64,000 nucleotides of DNA, from contig JBBRTX010000001.1 in NCBI GenBank assembly GCA_038244085.1, positions 138,064 to 202,063 of the forward strand, written 5' to 3'. Made by a program: the position numbers and the translations under genes. Source of the DNA: Bacteroidales bacterium (lineage in GTDB: Bacteria > Bacteroidota > Bacteroidia > Bacteroidales > FEN-979). The notes beneath the pieces are model-generated. The model was not told the DNA's origin. It saw only the letters and a list, made by a program, of their open reading frames with translations, and did no database searches. This document shows, piece by piece, positions 9,518 through 19,557 of the stretch (position 1 is its first letter; every line of letters begins with the position of its first letter).

Positions 9518-12500
9518 TTTCCAGTGATCACCAGTTTCTGATTCACTTTGGTGACCGATCCGTCGTCACTTTTTGCCACCAATTGATAAATGTAAAGCCC
9601 TGGCGCGAGCAGGTTGTGGTTTTCTCCTGTTCCATCCCATTCCATTTCAAGCGGGGCAATGGTTTCCTCATCGAAAGTCTTGCTCAGTATCTTTACGATT
9701 TGGCCGGCAAAGTTGTAGATTCGAATTTGTATATAAAGTTGCCTGAACTTCTTCCCGGGTGTGAAAGAAAATTTGGTATGATCCTGCATCGGGTTGGGGA
9801 AATTGTAAACCGGGCTTATTGATAATCCAGGCGTTCCGGTAACAAAGAAAGTGATCTCTTTTACTGAACTGTTGTTGTATAAATCCCAGGCTCTCACTTT
9901 TAAAGTATGTTTCCCAGAAGAAAGATCGGTCAAGGCATACTTAACTGAACCACTGCTGTATTGATCAGGTTCCGGCTGGTAAAAGTCATTCAGGATCATC
10001 AAAGCAGCAGCATCTCCGTCCATTTCAGCCGAGATCTCATGTCCAATGCCCAGGTTGATGAAGTTAATCCCGTCAGGATCATTCAGGTTTGCCATCATTA
10101 TAGGATTCTTTCCTGTTTTTTCTCCATTTTTGAAGCTATAACTATCCATGTAAAGATCGATCTGAGGCCCGGCATTCACAGGATTAATGGAAGGGTCTTT
10201 CCCCCCGACAACCAATTGGCTGGAATATCCATTGGCATCGGTTGTTCCGTTGCGTGAATAAAAACTCATCTTGGCTTCACCCAGTGATGAGGTAACACTC
10301 ATCGGTACCACGAAAGTGCATTCAAAATCACCCTCCTTAACGGTAGCAGTCCCGGAGTGAAGCAGGCTTGTTTGGGATCTGAACTGTTCGGGATAACTGT
10401 TGGGTGTATTTCCGATGGTCATATGATAGGTCGGTTTATCAAAAACCGAGATAAACATCTCTCCGCTGAAGCCGGACATTTTTACACCAGTCAATCCCCG
10501 GACTTCCCCTTTAACCGTCACCCGCGACAATCCCATTGCCGTATCATGCACTGAAACAATCGAGTCCCCGTTAATGAGGGTGGCAGTCATATTATTCTCA
10601 GGAAAGGCGATTCCCTGCGCGGGATCTCCGAGCAGGACAAAGTTCCTGATGCTGTAATTGTTTCCGTTCCTGTTTTTGGAAATCCTTATCAGATCGCCCA
10701 TCCGTGGATTCGGAAGTCCATTACCCGGTATTAGATTCTGGAAAAAGCTGGTATCAAGTTTGAAATTGGCCGTAGCCAGCGCTTGACGCGTAGTTGAATA
10801 GAGGGCAATCGCTCCGCCTTTGGGCTGTAGAAGAACCATCTCCCCTGCTGTCAGCCGCTCCGGATTGTCGAACCGGCTGAATTCACAAGTGGCAGTAATA
10901 AAAACAGGAAGTTTATTGTAATTGTCCCAGTTGCTGATATCCGCGATGGTCAGCACTTTTTCAGCACTCCAGCCATCCTCCCCACCATGTCCGGTATAAT
11001 TAAGGATCAGGGTACCATCTTTCATGGCTTTATTAATGGCGGCATTTACATCAGGAAGCCTGTCGCCGGCAGGTGTTGAGACCATTTTGTAGGCATCCAG
11101 GTATATCTTATTCACATTATAAACCGGGTAATGGTCATTAACAATCTTTACCAATTGTTCTGCCTGGTGAAAGTGCAGATTATTGTTTTCGTCATCCGCG
11201 ATAAAGGTGAAAGTATTCTTCCAGGGCGAGCATATAGAGTCCGAATTTCCGGAATAATGAATGATTTTATCGACCATGGTTTTCGCTTCATCCATTGAAG
11301 AGACCGGGAAACGCCCGGTTCCCACTTCGATGCTCCCATTCGATTCATATCCTTCCTTCTCTCCCATGATACCAAAAAAATCATCCGATACATAGGTTCC
11401 TACTGGTTTGAGTGATTCCGCAGACTCAAAAACGGGGATCAGGTCATTATTGCCGGGGATCCGGTTCTTCGGGTCATAGGAACCATCTCCAAAAAGAAGC
11501 AGATATTTGGGCTGATCTGCTGTGGAGCCCAGGTCATATAGCATTTTGACAAAATCACGGATTGCGCTGATATCTTTTTTTCCGGAAGAGAACTCATTAT
11601 AGATCTCTTCGACATTCACCACGAGGGTGGAAAGGCCATTGTCTGAGTCATGAAATGCGGCAAGCCGTTTGGCTTCATTAAGAAACATCGGGGCAGCAAT
11701 GGTAATCATCTTAGCCGGTAAAGCCGAGTGAAGGTTCTGGTTTTCGACCTTTCCAATCAGCTGAACTGAATCAAACCCAGTCCCGTCAAAAGCGACAAAT
11801 TCCTTTAAAGAATCCGTTTTGAGGACGAATGATAATAGTTCTCCCGATAATTCAGGAATGATTTCCCTTACATCCGTTTCATTGGTGATGTTCCAGATTT
11901 TCACCGACGGCTGGATTCCTGAAAGGGAAAACCGCGTGATACGGTCCTTCCCGATACTCCCCGGATCGCGAAACGGCATTTGCGAACCACGGAATGACAG
12001 GAATCGCTGACAGGTAATCTCAATATAATCCAGCCAGCCTTGCGAGTTGTTGTTCGGCAAATCATACGTAATCCTGAAATTGGCCAGCGAATCAGCCATT
12101 GGAACGATCGCACCGGAGGTTTTTGGACGGGCGAAGATGTTAATTGAATTGGGGTCGGTATATTCCACTAGGATCGTGTCCACCGGTACGTCATTGGCGA
12201 AAACAAAGAAACGGCTGGGTTTTGAAGATCTTGATACCACCGATGTTTCTATCCTGATCGGAAATGCCGGATTGATCTCCGGAAAAGAAAGCGGGAAAGA
12301 ACAGGCCGTCTTATTGGCATCGAATAACTCACCAACCCATAGTTTCCCGGACTTGATAAGATTGAGCGAATCGGTTTCGTGAAAAACGTGATCGGTAAAA
12401 CTGTTGGAAAGATAATCCGGGACGGTATCCAAAGATGCCTGACCCAAAATCCTCTTGCCGGTCTCCCCTCCGCTGGTTATAAAGTAAAAGGAAAGGTCAG

Positions 12501-12906
12501 AATAAAGATTCGTAAAATGATGAAAGAGCCCGTTCTGGTAATTATAATCCCACCCTTCAGTGCCGGTACCATAGAAAAGAATGTAATCCTGCGGATCAAA
12601 TTTCCCGTCGCCACCATCAACCACCTCAATGGCGATCTCCCGGAGATCATCAGGCCTTGCACTTTCGTTGGATTCAGGAAGCATTTTTCCGCCATTTCCA
12701 AAGATACGGATCGTGGAAGGATCCACCGAGGCCGGATTCATTTCCATGTCGACCAGGTCCTGATAGGTAATCCTGTAGATCCCTGTTTTGGCAATGCCCA
12801 TCTTCCACCAATGTCCGCTAGATAGAACAGAAGACGCTTTGTGCGGATTACCAGCAAAACCGGTAAAAGTAAACAAGACCAGGATCAGTAAAACTATCCG
12901 CCGCAT
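9514..12906 (-). CDS. porU: T9SS sortase PorU paralog 2 (peptidase C25 family, type A CTD)
   Basis: 1130 aa, colinear with paralog 1 along its whole length. It has a signal peptide, the same YTGHGG and ITATCEFSRFDNPE motifs, and a CTD-like tail (LAPGLYIYQLVAKSDDGSVTKVNQKLVITGK). Confidence 0.85.
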   Translation of the reverse strand: MRRIVLLILVLFTFTGFAGNPHKASSVLSSGHWWKMGIAKTGIYRITYQDLVDMEMNPASVDPSTIRIFGNGGKMLPESNESARPDDLREIAIEVVDGGDGKFDPQDYILFYGTGTEGWDYNYQNGLFHHFTNLYSDLSFYFITSGGETGKRILGQASLDTVPDYLSNSFTDHVFHETDSLNLIKSGKLWVGELFDANKTACSFPLSFPEINPAFPIRIETSVVSRSSKPSRFFVFANDVPVDTILVEYTDPNSINIFARPKTSGAIVPMADSLANFRITYDLPNNNSQGWLDYIEITCQRFLSFRGSQMPFRDPGSIGKDRITRFSLSGIQPSVKIWNITNETDVREIIPELSGELLSFVLKTDSLKEFVAFDGTGFDSVQLIGKVENQNLHSALPAKMITIAAPMFLNEAKRLAAFHDSDNGLSTLVVNVEEIYNEFSSGKKDISAIRDFVKMLYDLGSTADQPKYLLLFGDGSYDPKNRIPGNNDLIPVFESAESLKPVGTYVSDDFFGIMGEKEGYESNGSIEVGTGRFPVSSMDEAKTMVDKIIHYSGNSDSICSPWKNTFTFIADDENNNLHFHQAEQLVKIVNDHYPVYNVNKIYLDAYKMVSTPAGDRLPDVNAAINKAMKDGTLILNYTGHGGEDGWSAEKVLTIADISNWDNYNKLPVFITATCEFSRFDNPERLTAGEMVLLQPKGGAIALYSTTRQALATANFKLDTSFFQNLIPGNGLPNPRMGDLIRISKNRNGNNYSIRNFVLLGDPAQGIAFPENNMTATLINGDSIVSVHDTAMGLSRVTVKGEVRGLTGVKMSGFSGEMFISVFDKPTYHMTIGNTPNSYPEQFRSQTSLLHSGTATVKEGDFECTFVVPMSVTSSLGEAKMSFYSRNGTTDANGYSSQLVVGGKDPSINPVNAGPQIDLYMDSYSFKNGEKTGKNPIMMANLNDPDGINFINLGIGHEISAEMDGDAAALMILNDFYQPEPDQYSSGSVKYALTDLSSGKHTLKVRAWDLYNNSSVKEITFFVTGTPGLSISPVYNFPNPMQDHTKFSFTPGKKFRQLYIQIRIYNFAGQIVKILSKTFDEETIAPLEMEWDGTGENHNLLAPGLYIYQLVAKSDDGSVTKVNQKLVITGK

Positions 12907-12961
12907 GAATGGATTTTTGAACTACAAAGATACGCAAAATAGCGAGGAGGATTTTTCATTT

Positions 12962-15900
12962 TCAACGGATTACCACAAGCTTGGCGCTTTTATACACGGT
13001 GGCTCCGTCGGGAGAACTTACCCTTACATTATAAATATAATTCCCGGAACTGATTTTATAGCCCCGGTCAGAAGTTCCATCCCATGTTATGGTATTGGCC
13101 CGGTACCCATTGGTAAAGAGGTTTGCATCGATCTTTTTCACCAATTGACCGGATAAACTATAAATGGAAATACTCACGTCCAGGTTTGAGTTCGGTTTGT
13201 TGTATTCAAAAGAGAAGGTGGTATGATCGATTAACGGATTGGGGTAATTGAAAAGATGATCCAGGGCAAGTTCTGCCGATGAAGCCACGACGAACTCAAG
13301 ATAGGCATCTGATGAATTATTGTAAACATCCCATACTTTCAGCTTCAGGGTATGCAACCCATCACTCAGTTTAAAGAAAGGATAAAGAATATTTCCGCTT
13401 TTAAACGTATTGGCGTCGGAAACATAATAGTCATTGACGATATCCTGATTTTTTGAATCATTATCCAGTGTAACGGTCAGGTCATGACCAATACCATTTC
13501 CTACTGTATTAATCCCGGATTGATCAGAAAGGATAGCAAGCATTTTGGGATTCTGATCGGTCAAACCCCCTGAAACAAAGGTCGTGTCGTTCATAAAAAG
13601 CCTGACCAGTGGTCCATTCACATCGGTTGATGAATTATTATTGTAACCACCTACGATCAGATTCGGATCATAGCCGTTTGCATCAGTTGATGAACTTCTG
13701 GCGTAATAGCTGATCTTGCCCACTCCATATTGATAAGCGATATCCTTGGGAACGATAAATGAAAAGGAGAAGGTTCCATTGGTCACATCCACTTTTCCCT
13801 TGTAAATAATATTTTTCCTCAACGAAAAATTAAAAGGAGTCCCGCCATCGAAAGCAAGGGTTGTTATTTCTGAAACTTTATCAAATACTGTAGGGAAAAC
13901 TGTTCCGTTAAAATCGGTGGCAGGATTTCCGTCCAGATCTCTGATTTCGCCAGCAATGGTGATGGTTTCGAGTGCGCTGATCGTATCAGGAATTGCGCCA
14001 ACAGGCTGCCCATTGATTGATGTTGTTACCACATTCAATGCAGGATAGGCCATCTTTATCGCCGGATCGCCGATAAGAATAAATTTTCGGGTTCCGAGAT
14101 CATTCCCGGAGGCGTTTTTTGAAATCACGATCAGATCGCCCAAGCTTGGGTAAACACCATTGGTTTTATTGAACGCATGACTATAAAAATTAGCAGTCAG
14201 GCTCACATTATCGCTTGCAAATGTTGGACGTGTAGTGGTGAACAGGGCAATTCCTCCTCCGGTCGGATTCAGGAAAACCCATTCCCCGGCCGACACCCAA
14301 TCGGGATCATCATATAGGGTGAATTCGCAGGTAGCTGTGACAAATACCGGCATCTTGTCAAAATTTTTCCAATTCCGGATATCCGGGATCTCCAGGACCC
14401 GTTCATGGGCCCAGCCATTTTTGCCTCCATGACCGGTGTAATTCATTATAAGGGCACCTTTCTCCACACGAAGGTTCAGGGCAGCATTGACATCAGGAAT
14501 ACGGGCTCCACCGGGTGTGGATATCTGTGGATAAGCGTCAAGATAGACCTTATCGATATTATAAACCGGATGGCCCTGCTGTACGATCGACGAAATAGAT
14601 TCTGTCTGCTCCATATGAAGATTTCCGTCCTCGTCATCAGCTACGAAACAAACTACATTTCTCCATTCATTTTTAACTGAGTCGCTGATTGAAACGTAGT
14701 GTTTGACTTTTGCCACCGCAGCTTTTGCTTCGCCGGCGGTCCTGACTGGGAATCTGCCAACCCCGATCTGCAGACTGTCGTAACTTTCCATCATTCCGTA
14801 GTAATCATCCGTTGCATAGGTACTTAAAGGGTTTAGCGATTCAAAAGACTGAATGGCGGGAACAAAATTTGTATTGTTGGCTTTCCTGTTTTTATAATCA
14901 TAGGAAGCATCTCCAATAAGAAGCATATATCTGGGTTCCCGGCCTGAAGGCGCCCTGTCGTAAATCATCTTTGCAAAATCGCGGATGGCGGTAATATCCT
15001 GAACCCCTGATGAAAATTCGTTGTAGATTTTTTCCGGTGTAGTGACCAGGACGGCAAGATGATCCTGGGTTGCATGAAAATTGGCCAGGTCATTGGCTTC
15101 ATTCATAAAGGACGGATGCGTAATGATCAGGTAGTCATAAGATCCAAGACCGTGAAGATTCTGGTTTTCAACGGCGGCTGAAGAGAGAATGGTTTTAAAT
15201 GCAGTACCATCATAAGCGATAAATTCACGAAGCGTATCCGACGGCAGGCGGAAATTGTAATCATTTCCAACATTTAATGCCTGAACTTCCCTTGTATTCC
15301 CCGGATCGGTAACATCCCAGATCGCCATGGGAGATCCTGTACCCGTGGCGGTGAAATCAGTGACCTTGCCACTTCCGAATCCGGCAACCGATCGGAAGTT
15401 CATCTGGCCACCAGACATTTTCAGCATCCGCATAACATTTATTTCGAGATAATTAAGGCATCCAATGGCTTCCTGCCCATTTTTCTGAAAGCTGATCCTA
15501 AGGTTGATCGGTGAGCCTGAAAGCGAAAAAGTGGCATCTGCAATTTTTTCGCTACCCCAGGCCGAATTGTCCGCTGTGCTTGTCGGCACTATCGGAATAT
15601 TCATCACATTTTGTCCATTGGCTGAAATCACAAAAGAGGTGGAAGTCTTGGTTGAATGGGCGGCAACCGCAGCTCTCAGAGTAACCGGATTAGAAATGTC
15701 AATATCTGCAAAACTGAAAGAATAATCCCTGACGGTGGTAAGCTCAAAGATGCTCCCGTCATACCACTGCCGGCCTGACTTGATCAGGTTGATTTCGTCT
15801 TTCTCATAAAACGAATAATCATTGAACCGGTTTACATGATCGGTAGCCGTCTGATTGGTGGATGCCAAAGGAGTGATTCGCTTACCTCCGGCCTGACCGT

Positions 15901-16795
15901 AAGTGATGAAATAACAGGTGTTATCGGAATAGATGTTTTTTGAATGATGAAAAAGCTGATCTGTACTGTTGAAGCTCCATTTATCCGGTCCTTCCCCATA
16001 AAAAAGAAGATAGTCGCTTGCGTCAAGTTTTCCGTCATCTTCTCCAACAACCCGGATGGATAATTCCCTGAGATCGTCAATCCTTGGAATTGAAACATTT
16101 TCGGGCAACATACCTCCTCCGTTTCCATAAACCCGGATGGTTCTGGGGTCGGCGGAAGCAAATCCAGGATCTAGGGCAACCAGGTCTGACTGGCTTAATT
16201 TATAGACACCTGTAGAATTTATCGCCAGCTTAAACCATTTACCCGCAGCAAGAACGGAACTTGCTGCATAAGTCCGGACAGATTTTTCTGTCATTTTTGA
16301 ACCACCGGGAATGATTTCCATGGTGAGGGTGAATGACACCAGTTTTTCTGTATTTCCTTCCGCATCTTTTCGCAAAGGTATGATGGAGACATTCAGGTAG
16401 GGTTGTTTCTTCTGGGAAGTGACCGAATACCGGATCACAGGCTCTGCGGTTATTCTTTCCTGATCGCGGATTCCTGATATTCCGGTTTTTTCATACACCG
16501 GCTGATCGATCCTTAACACAGCAATGGAATCGTTAGCAGTAAAGAGCCGGAATGATTCAATATACACCGGCAGGTATCCAAACCGTGAGGGAAAACTGGC
16601 AGCTCCTTTAAAGTTCAGAATCATGGCTGAATCACCGGAAGGGAGAACGCCTGTGTGTGCAGGGTTCCAGGCTATCTTGCGGCTATATTGAAACGGTTGG
16701 GCAGTTGCTATCGTGACCTGGTAAAAAATACAGAATACAATACAAAGCGTTGAAAGGCTTATTGAATGAAATATTCCGGAGACAACTTTTTGCAT
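12962..16795 (-). CDS. porU: T9SS sortase PorU paralog 3 (long form with ~250-aa extra N-terminal region)
   Basis: It has the same C25/PorU architecture (YTGHGG, VTATCEFTLYDDPD, CTD-like tail GNYIYNVRVSSPDGATVYKSAKLVVIR) but is more divergent. The start is placed at ATG 16795 (MQKVVSGIFHSISLSTLCIVF..., signal-like). The 71 codons upstream in the longest ORF look non-coding. Confidence 0.8.
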   Translation of the reverse strand: MQKVVSGIFHSISLSTLCIVFCIFYQVTIATAQPFQYSRKIAWNPAHTGVLPSGDSAMILNFKGAASFPSRFGYLPVYIESFRLFTANDSIAVLRIDQPVYEKTGISGIRDQERITAEPVIRYSVTSQKKQPYLNVSIIPLRKDAEGNTEKLVSFTLTMEIIPGGSKMTEKSVRTYAASSVLAAGKWFKLAINSTGVYKLSQSDLVALDPGFASADPRTIRVYGNGGGMLPENVSIPRIDDLRELSIRVVGEDDGKLDASDYLLFYGEGPDKWSFNSTDQLFHHSKNIYSDNTCYFITYGQAGGKRITPLASTNQTATDHVNRFNDYSFYEKDEINLIKSGRQWYDGSIFELTTVRDYSFSFADIDISNPVTLRAAVAAHSTKTSTSFVISANGQNVMNIPIVPTSTADNSAWGSEKIADATFSLSGSPINLRISFQKNGQEAIGCLNYLEINVMRMLKMSGGQMNFRSVAGFGSGKVTDFTATGTGSPMAIWDVTDPGNTREVQALNVGNDYNFRLPSDTLREFIAYDGTAFKTILSSAAVENQNLHGLGSYDYLIITHPSFMNEANDLANFHATQDHLAVLVTTPEKIYNEFSSGVQDITAIRDFAKMIYDRAPSGREPRYMLLIGDASYDYKNRKANNTNFVPAIQSFESLNPLSTYATDDYYGMMESYDSLQIGVGRFPVRTAGEAKAAVAKVKHYVSISDSVKNEWRNVVCFVADDEDGNLHMEQTESISSIVQQGHPVYNIDKVYLDAYPQISTPGGARIPDVNAALNLRVEKGALIMNYTGHGGKNGWAHERVLEIPDIRNWKNFDKMPVFVTATCEFTLYDDPDWVSAGEWVFLNPTGGGIALFTTTRPTFASDNVSLTANFYSHAFNKTNGVYPSLGDLIVISKNASGNDLGTRKFILIGDPAIKMAYPALNVVTTSINGQPVGAIPDTISALETITIAGEIRDLDGNPATDFNGTVFPTVFDKVSEITTLAFDGGTPFNFSLRKNIIYKGKVDVTNGTFSFSFIVPKDIAYQYGVGKISYYARSSSTDANGYDPNLIVGGYNNNSSTDVNGPLVRLFMNDTTFVSGGLTDQNPKMLAILSDQSGINTVGNGIGHDLTVTLDNDSKNQDIVNDYYVSDANTFKSGNILYPFFKLSDGLHTLKLKVWDVYNNSSDAYLEFVVASSAELALDHLFNYPNPLIDHTTFSFEYNKPNSNLDVSISIYSLSGQLVKKIDANLFTNGYRANTITWDGTSDRGYKISSGNYIYNVRVSSPDGATVYKSAKLVVIR

Positions 16796-16958
16796 AAATG
16801 TATTTATAAAAATGACTGTTTTCCAGTTAATAAGGATGAATCTGATCCATCCTGACCGAAGACTAAAAGGCAGGAAAATTAACGATCGACCTCCTGTTAT
16901 ATTGTTATTGTGGGGAACTATTTGGTATTTTAACGGAAAGACGACACAGGTTTGAAAA

Positions 16959-16966
16959 TAATTTTG
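16959..16966 (+). promoter_or_regulatory. candidate -7 promoter box (TAATTTTG) for the porP-like/gldJ unit
   Basis: Exact TAnnTTTG match 42 nt upstream of the ATG at 17008, inside the divergent intergenic region shared with porU paralog 3. Confidence 0.4.
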
Positions 16967-17007
16967 TAATATTGTAACCCTAATTATTATAGGCTGTATA
17001 AGCACCA

Positions 17008-17997
17008 ATGGTCAATAAAACGTTTATTATCATATTGTTGACAATGATCGCTTTCATGCCGCGAAGCTATGCTCAGGATCCGGAATTTTCGCAGTTTTAT
17101 GCAAATCCGTTATACCTGAACCCGGCTTTGGCAGGATCGACGGTGTGTCCCAGAATGATAGGCAATTTTCGTGATCAATGGCCAGCGATCGGAGGTGCTT
17201 TTGTTACCTATAATTTTTCGTATGACCAATATGTTGATTTTCTTCATGGCGGATTGGGTGTTCTTGTTACCGCCGACCGGACCGGAGGAGGAAATCTTAA
17301 TACCACATCTATCAGCCTGATGTACGCTTATAAATTTAATATCACCGATAAATTAAGTGCAAGCGGAGCCTTGCAGGCGGGCTATTACCAGCGTCATCTT
17401 GCTTTCGAAAAACTTACCTTTGAAGACATGATTGATCCCCGGGCGGGGTTTGTACTTCCAACTAGTGAAAAATCACCTGACCGGACCACCGTTGCTTCAC
17501 CCGATTTTTCGGCTGGCATCATGCTGGGTTATGATGAAAAATATTATGGCGGAGTAGCCGTTTCGCATTTGACACAGCCTAAAAACGGGTTTTATGCGGA
17601 TAACTCCAGTTCGCTCGAAATGAAAATTACAGCCCATGGAGGTGCTGTTTTTAACCTTGGAGAGAGTGGAATGGGCGAAGACAAGGAATTTTCCATTTCA
17701 CCCAACGTTCTCTACCAGCAACAGGGAAATTTCCATCAGTTAAATCTTGGCCTGTACCTAACGGTAGATCCATTTATTGGCGGCCTCTGGTTCCGGCATA
17801 ATTTCGAAAATGCTGATGCGCTTATCCCTTTCATTGGAATTCACTTTCAAAGTTTGAGAGTCGGATACAGTTACGACTATACCATCTCCAGCCTGAAAGG
17901 TGCGACTGGCGGGGCTCACGAGATTTCTGCATCCTGGCAATTTCCCTGTATTGAAAAAAGAAGACATATTAGGGCAATAAAATGCCCTAGATTTTAG
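17008..17997 (+). CDS. PorP/SprF family T9SS membrane protein
   Basis: A signal peptide is followed by QDPEFSQFYANPLYLNPALAG, the hallmark N-terminal motif of the PorP/SprF family. The 329-aa beta-barrel-like remainder fits the family. Confidence 0.85.
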   Translation: MVNKTFIIILLTMIAFMPRSYAQDPEFSQFYANPLYLNPALAGSTVCPRMIGNFRDQWPAIGGAFVTYNFSYDQYVDFLHGGLGVLVTADRTGGGNLNTTSISLMYAYKFNITDKLSASGALQAGYYQRHLAFEKLTFEDMIDPRAGFVLPTSEKSPDRTTVASPDFSAGIMLGYDEKYYGGVAVSHLTQPKNGFYADNSSSLEMKITAHGGAVFNLGESGMGEDKEFSISPNVLYQQQGNFHQLNLGLYLTVDPFIGGLWFRHNFENADALIPFIGIHFQSLRVGYSYDYTISSLKGATGGAHEISASWQFPCIEKRRHIRAIKCPRF

Positions 17998-18020
17998 TTA
18001 ATGTAGTTCAAATTCTTATT

Positions 18021-19499
18021 ATGATGAAACTTCAAAAGATTCTTCCCGTTCTAGCGATGGCTTCGGTCATTGTGATACTCGGTTCCTGTAAGAAGGAAGT
18101 ATCAAGTACCACCGGTTGGGATTATAACAATTCAAAAAACGGAGGATTTGAAGTCCGCCCCTATGAAGGACAGCAAACGGGCCCCGGCCTGGTTTTCATT
18201 GAAGGAGGGGTATTTACGATGGGACAGACCCAGGACGATGTTCAGTTTGATTGGGATAACCAACCACGTAAAGTTACTGTTTCCAGTTTTTATATGGATC
18301 AAACCGAAGTTCGAAACCTGGATTACATTGAATACCTTTATTGGCTGAACCGGGTTTATGCCACCGATTTCCCCGGTGTCTACCGCAAAGCATTGCCCGA
18401 TTCCCTTGTTTGGCGTGACAAACTCGCTTACAATGAGCCACTGGTAGAATATTATTTCCGCCATCCGGCTTACCGGAATTATCCTGTGGTGGGTGTCAGC
18501 TGGGTACAAGCCAATGACTATTGTGCCTGGAGAACGGATCGCGTTAATGAAAACCTCATGATCAGAAGAGGTATCCTCGCCATGGATCCTGCCCAGAAAG
18601 ATGAGAATAACTTTAATACCGAAGCCTATCTTGCCGGTCAGTATGAAGGCGTAGTGGATAAACCGCTGCCCGATCTGAATCCGACAGGTACGGGTACCCG
18701 TAAGGTGCGCATGGAAGACGGTCTTCTGCTTCCGAAATACCGTTTACCCACCGAAGCCGAATGGGAATATGCTGCCCTCGGCCTGATCGGAAATACACTT
18801 TATGAGCGCGTTGTCGAAAGAAAGAATTATCCCTGGAACGGAAACTATGTGCGTACCAGCGAAAACAAATACTATGGTAGTATGATGGATAACTACCGCA
18901 GGGGCAAAGGCGATTACATGGGTGTTGCCGGAAACCTGAATGACGGCGCTGAAATTCCTGCACCTGCAGGTTCTTTCTTCCCGAACGATTATGGCCTGTA
19001 TAACATGGCTGGTAACGTGAGTGAATGGGTTCTTGACGTTTATCGTCCGATGAATTCCACCGAGGTTTCGGATTTGCGTCCTTTCCGCGGGAATATCTTC
19101 ACCACCCCCGTTCTCGATGCAGACGGCTTTAAGGCCGAAAAAGACAGCCTCGGCCATATGAAGTTTCGTGAAGTTACCACAGAAGAATCGATGAACCGTA
19201 AGAACTACCGTTCAGCCAATAATGTGAACTATCTTGATGGTGACTATGCCTCCAACATTGATGTTGACTGGAAAAATCCTCCCGCAGGAGATACCTCTAC
19301 CACTAACCTGATGTACCAGTATGGAATCACGTCACTGGTTACCGACCAGGCAAGGGTATATAAAGGTGCTTCCTGGAAGGATGGTGCCTATTTTCTGAGT
19401 CCGAGTACACGTCGTTTCCTCGACCAAAATGAAGCTTCGGATGCCATCGGGTTCCGTTGCGCCATGACCCGCGTCGGTGGATCAATTCCGGGCAGATAA
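18021..19499 (+). CDS. gldJ: gliding motility / T9SS lipoprotein GldJ (FGE-sulfatase fold)
   Basis: - A lipobox is present (ILGSC).
- The GldJ-type N-terminus SSTTGWDYNNSKNGGFEV...GPGLVFIEGGVFTMG differs from the GldK/PorK type.
- FGE/SUMF1 motifs are present (YPVVGVSWVQANDYCAWR, RLPTEAEWEYAA, GFRCA).
- It is followed by murF rather than gldLMN, matching the porV-porU-gldJ-murF layout I recall for F. johnsoniae. Confidence 0.8.
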   Translation: MMKLQKILPVLAMASVIVILGSCKKEVSSTTGWDYNNSKNGGFEVRPYEGQQTGPGLVFIEGGVFTMGQTQDDVQFDWDNQPRKVTVSSFYMDQTEVRNLDYIEYLYWLNRVYATDFPGVYRKALPDSLVWRDKLAYNEPLVEYYFRHPAYRNYPVVGVSWVQANDYCAWRTDRVNENLMIRRGILAMDPAQKDENNFNTEAYLAGQYEGVVDKPLPDLNPTGTGTRKVRMEDGLLLPKYRLPTEAEWEYAALGLIGNTLYERVVERKNYPWNGNYVRTSENKYYGSMMDNYRRGKGDYMGVAGNLNDGAEIPAPAGSFFPNDYGLYNMAGNVSEWVLDVYRPMNSTEVSDLRPFRGNIFTTPVLDADGFKAEKDSLGHMKFREVTTEESMNRKNYRSANNVNYLDGDYASNIDVDWKNPPAGDTSTTNLMYQYGITSLVTDQARVYKGASWKDGAYFLSPSTRRFLDQNEASDAIGFRCAMTRVGGSIPGR

Positions 19500-19525
19500 A
19501 CCGCCATTAAAAGAACTGCAAAAAA

Positions 19526-19557
19526 GGCTTTCTCAAAATGTGAAAGTCTTTTTTTTT
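19526..19557 (+). terminator. rho-independent terminator after gldJ
   Basis: A 7-bp stem GGCTTTC/GAAAGTC (one G.U pair) with a 9-nt loop is followed by nine consecutive T residues. Confidence 0.55.

Noticed and set aside
16796-17008. N-terminal 71 codons of the longest ORF for PorU paralog 3.
   Set aside because: The translation (MVLIQPIIIRVTILQNYFQTCVVF...) is not signal- or protein-like. The region is AT-rich promoter-like DNA shared with the divergent porP-like gene and contains its TAnnTTTG box. The ATG at 16795 gives a plausible signal peptide.
18021-19499. Alternative call as PorK/GldK. The size (492 aa) is close to P. gingivalis PorK and the gene follows a PorP-family gene.
   Set aside because: The N-terminus has the GldJ-type SSTTGWDYNxxKNGGFE motif rather than the GldK/PorK-type start. 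No gldL/M/N homologs follow, and murF follows as at the F. johnsoniae gldJ locus.
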